A stretch of 64,000 bases of DNA from Thermoanaerobaculia bacterium (GTDB lineage: Bacteria > Acidobacteriota > Thermoanaerobaculia > UBA5066). A program made the position numbers and the translations under genes. Location of the stretch: assembly GCA_963719225.1 (NCBI GenBank), contig CAVRAY010000001.1, positions 1,856,001-1,920,000 of the forward strand. Direction: 5' to 3'. The notes beneath the pieces were generated by a model. That model saw nothing but the letters and a program-made list of their open reading frames with translations, did not search any database and was not told the origin of the DNA. Within the stretch, counting starts at the first letter, position 1. Every line of letters starts with the position of its first letter. Of this stretch, positions 29,837 through 39,739 are shown in pieces.

Positions 29837-31461
29837 AAGGACGCTCCCGCGATCGTGCGGGCCGCGACGCGCCCCGTGAGGACGCAGCTCCCGAGGAACG
29901 TTCCCTCGAGAGAGCCCATGCCGTGGATCCCGCCGCCGCCGAAGCCCGCCGCCTCGCCCACGGCGTAGAGGCCGTCGATCGGCGGCCCGGCTCCGGAGAG
30001 AACGCGGCAGCCGAGGTCTGTCTGGATGCCGCCGAGGCTCTTGCGCGAGAGGATGAACTCGCGGATCGCGATGAGCGGCATCGCGCCGGGGTCGAGGATC
30101 TTCTGGAACTTGCAGAGGCGGATCCGGTCTCCACGATACTGGCGGAAGTTCCAGAGGCGCCGGAGCTGGTCGTCGTTGAAGTAAGCCGGCCCGCGGTCGA
30201 TCTGGGCATCGTAGTCACGCACGACCTGCTCGACCGTCGCGAGGTCCGTGCGCAGGCCGTCGAGGTTCTTCGTGTTCATCTTGTCCACGAGCTCGGGAAG
30301 CGAGCGCGCCGTGACGATATCGTCCGGGCATTCGCGAACGAGGCGGTCGACGAGCTCCTGGTTGCCGAACAGCAGCTGCCGCGCCATGAGGAGCTTTCTC
30401 TTGCGGCGGAAGGCGGTCATGTAATCGCAGCCCGAGACCGCGAGCTCCTTCTTCGCGATCGTGTTGTTCAGGAGCTGCCACGAGTACTGGCCGGGCTGCC
30501 GAAGGACGCTCTCCACGAGGAAGCGCGTATCCGTCGAGCCGACGAGGGGCAGCGGGCCGATGCGCTCTCCGAGCGCATTCAGCCAGAGCGCCGAGCGGGG
30601 CGGGACGAGCGAAAGACCGTCGTCCGGCTTGCGCTTTCGGGGATGGTGCACGCCGGCGGCATAGTGCCAGTGCTTGTCGAGATGCGTGAGGTTGCCGCCC
30701 GCGCGCGCGACCGCGTCGTGCATCACGCCGTCGCCGTACACGTGGGCGCCGTTGAGGAGGACTTTCGGAGGCGGGCCCCAGGGCGCATACCAGTTCGCGC
30801 GCACCTTCGAGAGGTTCCCCCCGCAGATCCCGCCGGTCGCGATTACGACGTGGTCTCCGCGCGCAACGAAGCGGCCGCCGGTGGAGAGGTCCGTCCCGAC
30901 GAGGCCGGTGACGCGGCCGCCCGCGGTTTCGACGTCCTCGACGGCATGCCGGAATCGGATCGCGTGGGAGGAGGAGCGGGGGTGGGTCACGAGCGCGCGG
31001 ACGATCTGCTCGACGATCGCGTGCCCCGTTCCCCACGCGATGTGCCAGCGGGGGACGGTGTTGCCGGGGACGTAGAGTCCCCGCTCGGGCCAGTTCACGA
31101 CGGGGAGGAACCTCACGCCGACGCCGTCGAGATAAGCATGGATGAGGTCGAGCGAGCGCTGGCAGTAGAGCTCCGCCCAGCGGCGCGGCCACGCGTCTCC
31201 ATCGCCGAACTGCGCGAACGAGAGCCAGTCGCGGAGCGCCAGCTCGGGCGAGTCGCGGATGCCCGATTTCCTCTGATGGGGCGTCCCGATGAGGTGGACG
31301 CCGCCGAACGACTCTTTCGCCAGGCCGCCGAGGTTTTCGGGGACGTCCTTGTCGAGCAGGAGAACGGACTTCCCGCGGCCGAGAAGCTCGTGCGCGGCGA
31401 CGAGCCCAGCGAGACCGGCGCCGGCAATGACGACGTCCGCCTGCAGCGTATTCGGGGTCAT
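29833..31461 (-). CDS. FAD-binding dehydrogenase (KsdD-like/COG3573 type)
   Basis: GAGLAGL, GGLAKESFGG, RWHIAWGTG, RKSLGGIQTD, LEGTFLGSC. Confidence 0.88.
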   Translation of the reverse strand: MTPNTLQADVVIAGAGLAGLVAAHELLGRGKSVLLLDKDVPENLGGLAKESFGGVHLIGTPHQRKSGIRDSPELALRDWLSFAQFGDGDAWPRRWAELYCQRSLDLIHAYLDGVGVRFLPVVNWPERGLYVPGNTVPRWHIAWGTGHAIVEQIVRALVTHPRSSSHAIRFRHAVEDVETAGGRVTGLVGTDLSTGGRFVARGDHVVIATGGICGGNLSKVRANWYAPWGPPPKVLLNGAHVYGDGVMHDAVARAGGNLTHLDKHWHYAAGVHHPRKRKPDDGLSLVPPRSALWLNALGERIGPLPLVGSTDTRFLVESVLRQPGQYSWQLLNNTIAKKELAVSGCDYMTAFRRKRKLLMARQLLFGNQELVDRLVRECPDDIVTARSLPELVDKMNTKNLDGLRTDLATVEQVVRDYDAQIDRGPAYFNDDQLRRLWNFRQYRGDRIRLCKFQKILDPGAMPLIAIREFILSRKSLGGIQTDLGCRVLSGAGPPIDGLYAVGEAAGFGGGGIHGMGSLEGTFLGSCVLTGRVAARTIAGASL

Positions 31462-31516
31462 CGGTCCGGCTCGGATCTTCGCATCTCCCGGCCGGTCGAC
31501 CTCCTAGAATCCTCGC

Positions 31517-32305
31517 GTGTCCTCGAAGACGCGACCGGCGGAGAAGGGGATCCCGGAGGCTCTCGCGCGCTTCGGCTTCTTCGCGCGCGGATGCCTGTAC
31601 GTCGTCGTCGGCGGCCTCGCCGCACGCGTGGCGATCCTTCAGCGAGGACGCGCGCTCGGGCCCTCGGGTGCGCTCGGGAAGATCCTCGAGGGATGGAACG
31701 GGAGGCTCGCTCTCGGGATCGTGGCGGCGGGCCTCCTCGCCTTCGTGCTCTTCCGCGCCGCCCAGTTCCGCCGGACACGCGGCGGCCTTGCGCGGATCGG
31801 CTACGCCGTCGGCGCTCTGGGCGGCCTTCTTCTCACGGTCACCGCGGTGCGCGTTCTGCTGCATTTTTCCGCCGGGGGCGATGCCGAGGCCCTTCGCGAG
31901 GCGGCCCGCCGGATCGTCGCCCATGCCTGGGGACGCGGCGCCCTCGAGCTCGGAGGGGCGATCGCCTTCGTCGTGGGCGTCGTGGAGGCCTTTCGGGCTG
32001 CGGTCGGCAAGCTCCCGGCCGATTTCACCGCGGCGATCATGGCTCGCGGCCGGAAGAGGTGGATCTCCTGGCTCGCGCGCATCGGCGTGCTCGCACACGG
32101 CGCGATCGTGGCCGTGACGGGATACTCGGTGTTCGTCGCGGGGCTCGAGGGAAATCCGCGCGGTCTGAGCGGAACGGCCTCCGCCCTACTAACGATCAAG
32201 CGCGCGGAGAACGGGCCGGTCCTCTTCGCGCTCGCCGCGGCCGGGCTCATCGCGTACGGCCTCTCACTCCTTCTGCTGGCGGCGCACCGCCGGAGGAGTG
32301 CCTAG
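31517..32305 (+). CDS. DUF1206-like membrane protein
   Basis: Repeated LAR.G..ARG..Y units; multiple TM segments. Confidence 0.75.
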   Translation: MSSKTRPAEKGIPEALARFGFFARGCLYVVVGGLAARVAILQRGRALGPSGALGKILEGWNGRLALGIVAAGLLAFVLFRAAQFRRTRGGLARIGYAVGALGGLLLTVTAVRVLLHFSAGGDAEALREAARRIVAHAWGRGALELGGAIAFVVGVVEAFRAAVGKLPADFTAAIMARGRKRWISWLARIGVLAHGAIVAVTGYSVFVAGLEGNPRGLSGTASALLTIKRAENGPVLFALAAAGLIAYGLSLLLLAAHRRRSA

Positions 32306-32389
32306 AGTCGGGCGGAGAGGACATCGTGCGGGAAGGGCCGGCGACGGTAAAATGGGCGCCGCTTAGCTGACGCCACACGGGAGGATCAA

Positions 32390-32815
32390 ATGCACACTTA
32401 TCCGCACCCGCCCTTCAAGATCGGCGGAGGCCACGTCTCACGCGGCTACAGCGCGAGCCACCGTGCCAAGGACATCACGCACCGCAACGATGCGCCGGAC
32501 ACCGTATACGCGGTCGAGAGCGGGGACGTTTCGGACGTCCAGCGGGGGCAGCAGCACGGAGACGACAATCCGAACATGGTGATCATCCGCGACTCTCAGG
32601 GGTTTCTCACGGTTTACGGACACGTCGATCCTTCCGTCAGAGCCGGGCAGAGCGTCAGTCAAGGGGACGAGATCGGGACCGCCGATCTTTCCGGTACGAG
32701 CGACGGGATCCACGTCCATCTGGTCCGCCTCAAGGCGGGGGACGGGACCGTGGACGACGTCCTGGACCATCAGGACAATGCGGTCAACTTTCAGATCACT
32801 CTGGGAGCCTGGTAG
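32390..32815 (+). CDS. Stand-alone M23 family metallopeptidase
   Basis: HRAKD (HxxxD), VYAVESG, YGH, V..GQ.V.QG..IG, HVH. Confidence 0.8.
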   Translation: MHTYPHPPFKIGGGHVSRGYSASHRAKDITHRNDAPDTVYAVESGDVSDVQRGQQHGDDNPNMVIIRDSQGFLTVYGHVDPSVRAGQSVSQGDEIGTADLSGTSDGIHVHLVRLKAGDGTVDDVLDHQDNAVNFQITLGAW

Positions 32816-32831
32816 GTGACGTGCGACTCGT

Positions 32832-32906
32832 TGGAGCGGGTGATGGGGATCGAACCCACGACATTCAGCTTGGGAAGCTGACGTTCTACCGCTGAACTAC
32901 ACCCGC
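32832..32906 (-). tRNA. tRNA-Gly (CCC)
   Basis: GCGGGTG acceptor stem, TCAGC-TTCCCAA-GCTGA anticodon arm, GTTCGATCC T-loop, encoded CCA. Confidence 0.97.
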
Positions 32907-32955
32907 TCGACGGCGAGAGAGGTTGTAGCGCGGCGCGGGCGGAGGCGTCAAGGAG

Positions 32956-33405
32956 TCAGACGCGACGGTCCTCGAGCCGGATGGCGAAAGCGAGAACGAT
33001 CCACGTGATGGCCGCCGTGAGCGCAGCGAGCCACAGGGGCGCGAGGGCCGACGCGACGCCGACACCCGCCGTCACCCAGATCGTCGCCGCCGTCGTCAGC
33101 CCATGCACCTGTTCCTTGTCCACGAGCTTCAGGATCGTGCCAGCTCCGAGAAAGCCGATGCCGGTGATGATTCCCTGGACCACGCGGCTCACGTCCGCCG
33201 GCGCGAAGCCGGCCTCGACCCCCGCGAGGACGCACAAAGCCGCTCCGACGGCGACGAGGATGTGCGTCCTGAAACCCGCGGCGCTGTGGACCTTCTCGCG
33301 CTGCGCGCCGATGATCCCGCCGAGGAGGGCGGCAGCGAGCAGCCGGCCCGAGGTTGCCGCGAGGTGCGCGGCATCGGGAAAGGCGAGCGGCCCCGCGTCC
33401 GTCAC
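32956..33405 (-). CDS. MgtC/SapB family membrane protein
   Basis: AGFRTHILV, GIGFLGAGTI, GLTTAATIW. Confidence 0.92.
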   Translation of the reverse strand: MTDAGPLAFPDAAHLAATSGRLLAAALLGGIIGAQREKVHSAAGFRTHILVAVGAALCVLAGVEAGFAPADVSRVVQGIITGIGFLGAGTILKLVDKEQVHGLTTAATIWVTAGVGVASALAPLWLAALTAAITWIVLAFAIRLEDRRV

Positions 33406-33452
33406 GCGCCGATCATAGGCGTGGAGCGGTAAGATCGGTCCAGACTCTCAGC

Positions 33453-33869
33453 ATGCTCGCGGTTTTCGTCCTCGCCCAGCTCGCCTCGACGACTCCGGCC
33501 CCGACGCCGGCGGCGTCGCTGGGCGCCGCTTCCACGGCCGTCTCGGCAAAGCCGAGAACTCTCGCGGACGTCGCGCGCGAGCGAAAGCTCGGGAGGAAGG
33601 GCGTACCGGGCGGGACGCTGTCCGTCGCGGGAGCGTCCGGGATGCCGGTCGTCACCGAAACCAGAGATGGCGGCTCCCGTGTCCGTCACGACAACTCGCG
33701 CGTGAGGAACGCTCAGGCGGACGTGCAGGCCGCGCGCCGCGCTTTGGACGATGTCGCCGTGAAGAAGGGGATGACTTCCGAGGATGCGGCGGCCGCTCGC
33801 AAGAAACTGATCGATGCGCGCCAGGAGCTGAACCAGGCGCGGGAAGCCGCCACGCGCTCCAAGCGCTGA
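33453..33869 (+). CDS. Hypothetical secreted protein with C-terminal coiled coil
   Basis: Hydrophobic N-terminus, TLADVAR motif, helical tail. Confidence 0.6.
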   Translation: MLAVFVLAQLASTTPAPTPAASLGAASTAVSAKPRTLADVARERKLGRKGVPGGTLSVAGASGMPVVTETRDGGSRVRHDNSRVRNAQADVQAARRALDDVAVKKGMTSEDAAAARKKLIDARQELNQAREAATRSKR

Positions 33870-33872
33870 GCC

Positions 33873-34106
33873 TCATCGCTTCAGCGCGAACGCCCCCTTC
33901 AGGATCACGAGGAGCCAGGGTGCGGCATGGAGGACGAGGTCGAACCAGTCGACTGGTTTGACGAGAGTCCCCTTGAAGAGCATCGCGAGCTTCTCGACGA
34001 CGTGCGGCGGACGAAACGGCGCGAGGCCGAGCGTGAGGGCGAGGATGATGGCGATGGGCCAGGGGATCTGATCGAGGAGCTGGCGCATGGAGGGAAGGGT
34101 CGTCAT
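33873..34106 (-). CDS. Small membrane protein
   Basis: LGLAPF.PPHVVEKL..L..G.L..P.DWFDL..H; ATGA overlap with the DinB gene. Confidence 0.7.
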   Translation of the reverse strand: MTTLPSMRQLLDQIPWPIAIILALTLGLAPFRPPHVVEKLAMLFKGTLVKPVDWFDLVLHAAPWLLVILKGAFALKR

Positions 34107-34600
34107 CCGTTGTGCTTCGGCTCGGCGGGAAGCCGGCCTGCGAGAAAGGCGATCTCGTCGAGGTGCCCGCGGTCGTGTTCCCGCCACATCTCGAGGACTT
34201 TTCCGAGCGTGACGGGGCCGACGTTCTCCCAGCTTCCCACCCGGTCCAGGTCGTCCGGTGCGAGGCGCTGGAGGCGTTCGACGTTCGCGGCGCGAAGAAG
34301 GGCGAAGTCCTCGAGCGCGGGACCCGAAGGACGACCGTTGTAGTTGCGCTCGCGCGCGAGGACCGTGCCGTCGATGTCCTTGAGCACGGGATCCGGCTCC
34401 CCGAGCCTGCGGAGGAGCCTTACGCCGTAGCCATCCGCCTCGATGTCGCGAAGATGATGGACGTTCTCGCGTGCCGAGAAGGCATCGGGTGAGGGTCGAT
34501 GGATCTCCTTCTCGGGCGGAAGCCCGGCCATCAGCTCCCTGAGGCGAGCCGGCGTGCGGCGCAGCTCTTCGACGAGTGAGCGGAACTCCTCGCGTTCCAT
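34103..34600 (-). CDS. DinB/YfiT-like metal-binding four-helix protein
   Basis: FSARENVHHLRDIE and EHDRGHLDEI histidines. Confidence 0.82.
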   Translation of the reverse strand: MEREEFRSLVEELRRTPARLRELMAGLPPEKEIHRPSPDAFSARENVHHLRDIEADGYGVRLLRRLGEPDPVLKDIDGTVLARERNYNGRPSGPALEDFALLRAANVERLQRLAPDDLDRVGSWENVGPVTLGKVLEMWREHDRGHLDEIAFLAGRLPAEPKHNG

Positions 34601-34655
34601 GCGCTTCCTCCTCCGATTCGATTCTCGCGCCTCTCCGCGCCTCGGCCAAGCCGTC

Positions 34656-35483
34656 TCAGCGCTCGTCGGCCAGCTTCCGGCACGCCTTGAGGTGGCGGAT
34701 CGCCGCGGCCTTGTTTCCCGCCCGCTCGTAGAGGAGGGCCGCGTTGTAATGAGCGTCCGCCATGCCCGGATCCGAGGAGACGGCGCGCTCGTACGCCTGC
34801 GCGGCCTCTCGCAGGTGGCCCCGGTCCTCGAGGGCCACGCCGAGGTTGAACGCGGCAGCCGCGTGCTTCGGGTTCGAGGTGAGGGCGATGCGGTAGTGCA
34901 CCTCGGCGGCACCGGTCTTTCCCTGCTCGTGGAGGAGCCGGCCGAGGTTCACGTGCGCGTCGGCATGATGCGGCTCGAGCTCGACAGCGCGCCTGTAAGC
35001 GTCGCGGGCGTCGGCGGGGGAGGACGCTTCAACGTCGCAACCCAGGCGGTACCAGTCGTCGGCGCTCAGCCTCCCGCCTTCCTGTCGGGCCGTCTCTGCG
35101 GCGCGCTTCGCGTGCGGGGCCGCCGCGGTGGCGAGGTCGGCGACGGCGAAGTCGAACAGCGTCTGGCCGGATTCGGGGTTCCACGCGGCGGCGCCGTCCT
35201 GCACGACGACGCGCTTGCCGTCGGCCGCGATGCGCACGCCCGTGAGTGGCCGGCCCTCGGGGAGCTGTCCGCGCAGCTTCTTGAGGGCGCGCTTTACCGT
35301 CGCGGCCGGGACCTTCGCGTCCGCGAGACCCTTGGCCGTCCGCAGGAGGACGAGATCGCGAAAGCGGAAGCGGTATGCGCCGTCGAGCTCGCGCTCGATC
35401 TCCAGCACTTCCGCCCAGGCCCGCACCTGTGCGACGGAAACGCCCAGCAGCGACGCGACGTTGGAGGCCGAGTAGCCCTTCAG
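34656..35483 (-). CDS. MerR-like HTH plus TPR protein (probable CTG start)
   Basis: YSASNVASLLGVS..QVRAW, YRFRFRDLVLLRTAK.L, then TPRs (ADAHVNLG, AAFNLG, ADAHYNAA). Confidence 0.8.
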   Translation of the reverse strand: MKGYSASNVASLLGVSVAQVRAWAEVLEIERELDGAYRFRFRDLVLLRTAKGLADAKVPAATVKRALKKLRGQLPEGRPLTGVRIAADGKRVVVQDGAAAWNPESGQTLFDFAVADLATAAAPHAKRAAETARQEGGRLSADDWYRLGCDVEASSPADARDAYRRAVELEPHHADAHVNLGRLLHEQGKTGAAEVHYRIALTSNPKHAAAAFNLGVALEDRGHLREAAQAYERAVSSDPGMADAHYNAALLYERAGNKAAAIRHLKACRKLADER

Positions 35484-36400
35484 CGGCCCTTTTTCCCGTT
35501 TCCGACCGCACGCAGCCTGGGCTTCTCCGCCTGCTCCTCGCGGGCCGCACGCACGGCGGGCTTGCGCTCGGGCTTCGCCGGCGCAGAGGCGGCTTCCTTC
35601 TGGCGTCCCCCGCGTCCGCCGCGCGCCGCGAGGCTCGCCTTGAGCGCTTCCATGAGGTCGATGACCTGGGTCTTCGGCGCCTCGGGCTTCGCCTCGGAGA
35701 TCTCCTGGCCGTCGATCTTCCGCTTGATCAGGTTCTCCACGCGCTCCTTGACCTCGTCCTTGTAGTTCTCGGGGTGGAACTCGTCCGACGCGATCTGGTC
35801 CGTGAGCATGATCGCGAGCTTCAGCTCGGCGTCCTTCACCTCGGCGTCGGGGACCTCCACGTCGGCGAAGGAGCGAATCTCGTCGGCGTAGTTGAGCTGC
35901 TGCATCATGAGCCCGCCCTCGTGGCCCGTGACGGGACGCACCACGACGAGATATTGCTTCCCGCGCGCCGCGTACTTCGCGAGGCCGCAGCGGCCGGTTT
36001 CCGTCATCGCCTTGGCGAGCAGGCGATAGGCCTTGTCGCCGCCCTTGCCGGGAGACAGGTAATAGCCCTTGTCGAAGTACACGGGATCGATCTTCGCGAG
36101 CGGGACGAACTCCGTGATCTCCATGATCTGGTTCGACTGCTCCTCGAGGGCTTTCAGCTCCTCGGGCGTGAAGACGACGTACTGGCCCTTCTCGAACTCG
36201 TAGCCTTTGACGATGTGATCGCGCTCCACCGTAGCGCCGTCCTTGCTGCAGACGAGCTGCTGCTTCACGCGCGCGTGGTCCTCGTCGTGCAGCATGTTGA
36301 ACGAGATGGCGGCCTTCGACTCGCTCGCCGAGAAGAGGTTCACAGGGATCGAAACGAGCCCGAAGGAGATCGTGGCGGTTCCGGTCGGTCGTTGTGCCAT
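35480..36400 (-). CDS. ku: Non-homologous end joining protein Ku
   Basis: ISFGLVSIPV, IVKGYE, IDPVYFDK.YYL, VIDLMEALKASL, basic tail. Confidence 0.96.
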   Translation of the reverse strand: MAQRPTGTATISFGLVSIPVNLFSASESKAAISFNMLHDEDHARVKQQLVCSKDGATVERDHIVKGYEFEKGQYVVFTPEELKALEEQSNQIMEITEFVPLAKIDPVYFDKGYYLSPGKGGDKAYRLLAKAMTETGRCGLAKYAARGKQYLVVVRPVTGHEGGLMMQQLNYADEIRSFADVEVPDAEVKDAELKLAIMLTDQIASDEFHPENYKDEVKERVENLIKRKIDGQEISEAKPEAPKTQVIDLMEALKASLAARGGRGGRQKEAASAPAKPERKPAVRAAREEQAEKPRLRAVGNGKKGR

Positions 36401-36456
36401 GGACCCATTTTACGCTTCTCGGCGCGACAGGTTCTCAACCAGGGCTCATTCGAGGC

Positions 36457-36893
36457 TCAGGGCGGGACGACGACCATCGGCACCGTGCATGTAGCCAGGA
36501 CCTTATGGGTCGTGCCACCGAGGAAGCCGGACAGCCCGCCGCGGCCCGTACGGCCCATGACGACGAGGTCGAAACTCTTCGCGGCCCGGACGATCTCGCG
36601 GCTCGCCCGGCCCGCGGCGAGGCGCGTCTCGGCGGCGCCGAAGCGCGCTGCGATCGCGGCGAGACGCTGGCGTAATGGCTCTTCATCTTGGCGGCTATCG
36701 GGCGCGGCGGCCCTTTGAGAAGGTCCTCCCGTCCTTCTGTGATGGCGGCGCGCACGTCCGAAATCGGCCGGACGTGGAGCAGCGTGAGAGACGCATCCAT
36801 CCGGGCTGCAAGCTTGCGCGCCTCGCGCAGCGAGTTGTGGGAGGCGGAGGAGAAGTCGACGGGGACGAGAATTGAGAACACGGCTCGAGCCAT
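36457..36893 (-). pseudogene. Universal stress protein, frameshifted near 36670
   Basis: N-half ILVPVDFS..LLHV in one frame; C-half DLVVMGRTGRGGL..FLGGTT.KVL..VPMVVV in another. Confidence 0.75.
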
Positions 36894-36949
36894 CCCGAAA
36901 ATGCTATCGCGTCGCGGACGGCGCGCGCGTGCGGGCGCGGAATTGACCG

Positions 36950-39637
36950 TCAGGCCGGCGACGCCTCCAGCCGCTTGAAGGCCTCGGTGGCGAGGAGCGC
37001 CACGGCCGCCATCCCTGCCGCGCGAAGCCAGTCCGCTGCGGCGAGGGGCACAGTCTCGAGGACGGTTGAGAGAGGCGGCCACGCGACCGCGATGGCCTGC
37101 AGAAGAAGCCCGCCCGTGAGCGCGAGCCAGAACGGGAGCGCGAGGCTCGATCGCATCCGCCAGAACGGCTTCGTGTCCGAGAGGGTCGCGAACGACTGCG
37201 CGAGGAGCGTGAGGGCGAGCGTCGCCATCACGAGCGTCTGGCCGCGCGGCCCGTCGTGGCGTCCGCCTCCGGCGGTGTAGCTCCACAGGACGACAGCGGC
37301 CACGACGGCGCTCTTCAGGGCAGTCCGGCCGGTCGCCCCCCAGGTCAGGAGTGGCTCTTTAGGGTCGCGTGGAGGGCGCTTCATCACGTCCTGCTCGCCC
37401 GGAACGAGGACGAGCGCGACTGCGGGGAAGATGTGGACGACGAGGTTCAGCCACAGGAGCTGAAGCGGGCTCATGGGCAGCGGCAGGTTCGTAACGACGG
37501 AAACCAGCATGACCAGGATCGTCGCGAGACTGCACAGCAGCAGGAAGTGCACGGCGCGGCGGATGTTCGCGTAGATCTGCCGTCCCTCCGCGACGGCCGC
37601 GGGAAGCGTCGCGTAGTCGCCGCTCGTCACCACGAGGTCGGAGGCTGCGCGCGCGACGTCCGCCGACCCGAGCCCGATCGCGATTCCGATATTCGCTGCC
37701 TTCAGCGCGGGCGCGTCGTTGATGCCGTCTCCCGTCATCGCGACGATGCGGCCGGCCTCGCGGAGCGCGTGGACGATCGAGAGCTTGTCCTCAGGCGTGA
37801 CGCGCGCGAAGACGGCCGTGTTCCTGAGGTCCTCCCACCGGTGCTCCTCGACGTACCGCGCGAGCTCCGCCGAGTCGAGACAGAGGTCCCCGGGGCCGGC
37901 GATCGCTAGCGCGTTCGCCACGGCCATCGCGGTGCCTTTCTGATCCCCCGTGACCATGACGGTGCGGATTCCGGCGTCACGCAGCGCTTCGATGGCGCCA
38001 CGGACGTTCGCGCGCGGCGGGTCGATGAGGCCGACGAGGCCCGACCACGTCAGGGCTTCTTCGGCCGCTTCGGGCGCGCCTTTCGGGTCGAGCCGCCGGT
38101 ACGCGAGCGCGAGAACGCGGTATCCCGATTCCCCGAGCGTGTGCGCGCTCGCGAGGAGGCGTTCGCGCCCGTCGGCGTCGAGCGGCTCTTCGGCCCCACG
38201 CACGAGCGCACTGGTAGCGCGGGCCGCCACGACCTCCGGTGAGCCCTTCACGAATGACCACAGCCGGCCTTCGCCGTCACGCGCGACGACCGCCATGCGC
38301 TTGCGGGCGGACGAGAACCCGAGGGCGCTCACGCGGTGGAAGCCTCCGGCGTCCACCTTTCCCTTGCCCGCGAGCGCGAGGAGAGCGCCCTCGGTCGACG
38401 AGCCGTGAACGTGCCAGCCTTCGTCGTGGGATTCGAGCCGCGCGTCGTTGCAGACGGCGGCGATCTCGAGCAGCCGCCGGAGATCAGGGTCGTCCCCCGG
38501 CGCCACGGGTCGGGCGCCCTCGAGAAATTCCCCGGTCGGCTCGTAGCGCGCGCCCGTGACCTCGAGCTCGCGGCCGGGGAGGACGACCCGCGTCACGCGC
38601 ATGACGTTCTCCGTGAGCGTGCCCGTCTTGTCGGTGCAGATGACCGAGGTGCAGCCGAGCGTCTCGACCGAGGAGAGCCGGCGAACGAGGCTGTCGGCCT
38701 TCGCCATCCGCCTGACGCCGGCCGCGAGCGCGATCGTTGTGACGGCGGGAAGGCCTTCGGGGATCGCCGCGATCGCGAGGATGACGCCCGTTTCGAGCAT
38801 GAGCCAGAAGGGACGGTCGCGCAGGAGGCCGAGAATGGTCACGACGGCCGAGAGCCCGATGGCCAGGAGGGCGAGCCGGCGGCCGAGCTGCTCAGCCTGC
38901 TTCTCGAGAGGCGTCTCCTCGCGGTCCTGGTCGGCAACGAGCTTTCCGATGCGGCCGAGCTCCGTGCGCCCCCGGATGCCGGTCACGACCATACGCCCCC
39001 ATCCGCTCACGACGGTCGTGCCGGCGTAGCCCATCGAGATCCGGTCGGGCAGGGGCGCGGCCGCGTTGACGGGGTCCGGCGACTTCGTAACGGGGACGCT
39101 CTCGCCGGTGAGCGCGGACTCGTCGGCCTGCAAATCGTGCACGGCGGCGATCCTTCCGTCCGCTGCCACGATCTGGCCGCCCGTCAGGACGAGGAGATCT
39201 CCGGGCCGGAGGTCGTCCGCGGGGACCTCCCGTTCGAGGCCTCCGCGCACGACGCGCGCCGTCGGGGCAGAAAGAGTCCGGAGCGCATCGAGGGCTCGCT
39301 CGGCGCGGAAATCGGTAATGAACCCGAAGACGACCGAGAAGACCACGGATGCCGCGATCGCGAGCGAGTCTCCGATATGGCCGAGCGCCAGCATGACGGC
39401 GGCAGCGGTGATCAGGACGAGGATCACTCCGCCCTTGAGCTGGTTCCAGATAATGCGCGCGGGGCCGCGCGAGTCGGTGTCGAGAGAGTCGTCGGACGGC
39501 GTCTTGGGCAGTGCGTCCGGAGAAAGGCCTGTCTCGAGATTCGTCCGAAGTTCTCGGGCGACATCTTCGACGCTTCGGGAATGCCACGCGGGGTCGGGCG
39601 GAGCGCTCACGGACAGAATCGTCTCGGCCTCGGACAT
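36950..39637 (-). CDS. Cation-transporting P-type ATPase (type IIA, Ca2+-like)
   Basis: TGES, PEGL, DKTGTLT, TGD, GDGINDAPALK. Confidence 0.95.
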   Translation of the reverse strand: MSEAETILSVSAPPDPAWHSRSVEDVARELRTNLETGLSPDALPKTPSDDSLDTDSRGPARIIWNQLKGGVILVLITAAAVMLALGHIGDSLAIAASVVFSVVFGFITDFRAERALDALRTLSAPTARVVRGGLEREVPADDLRPGDLLVLTGGQIVAADGRIAAVHDLQADESALTGESVPVTKSPDPVNAAAPLPDRISMGYAGTTVVSGWGRMVVTGIRGRTELGRIGKLVADQDREETPLEKQAEQLGRRLALLAIGLSAVVTILGLLRDRPFWLMLETGVILAIAAIPEGLPAVTTIALAAGVRRMAKADSLVRRLSSVETLGCTSVICTDKTGTLTENVMRVTRVVLPGRELEVTGARYEPTGEFLEGARPVAPGDDPDLRRLLEIAAVCNDARLESHDEGWHVHGSSTEGALLALAGKGKVDAGGFHRVSALGFSSARKRMAVVARDGEGRLWSFVKGSPEVVAARATSALVRGAEEPLDADGRERLLASAHTLGESGYRVLALAYRRLDPKGAPEAAEEALTWSGLVGLIDPPRANVRGAIEALRDAGIRTVMVTGDQKGTAMAVANALAIAGPGDLCLDSAELARYVEEHRWEDLRNTAVFARVTPEDKLSIVHALREAGRIVAMTGDGINDAPALKAANIGIAIGLGSADVARAASDLVVTSGDYATLPAAVAEGRQIYANIRRAVHFLLLCSLATILVMLVSVVTNLPLPMSPLQLLWLNLVVHIFPAVALVLVPGEQDVMKRPPRDPKEPLLTWGATGRTALKSAVVAAVVLWSYTAGGGRHDGPRGQTLVMATLALTLLAQSFATLSDTKPFWRMRSSLALPFWLALTGGLLLQAIAVAWPPLSTVLETVPLAAADWLRAAGMAAVALLATEAFKRLEASPA

Positions 39638-39739
39638 CGCGCAGGTCTCATGCGAACAGCGTAGCGGCCCGCTCAGCGAGCCGAATGACGCATGCGCATC
39701 ATCGACACGCCCCGGCCCGGTTGGGGCATAATGTCGAAG

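Noticed and set aside
32300-32950. Prophage or integrative element at tRNA-Gly
   Set aside because: No integrase, phage genes or duplicated tRNA 3' end seen in the window.
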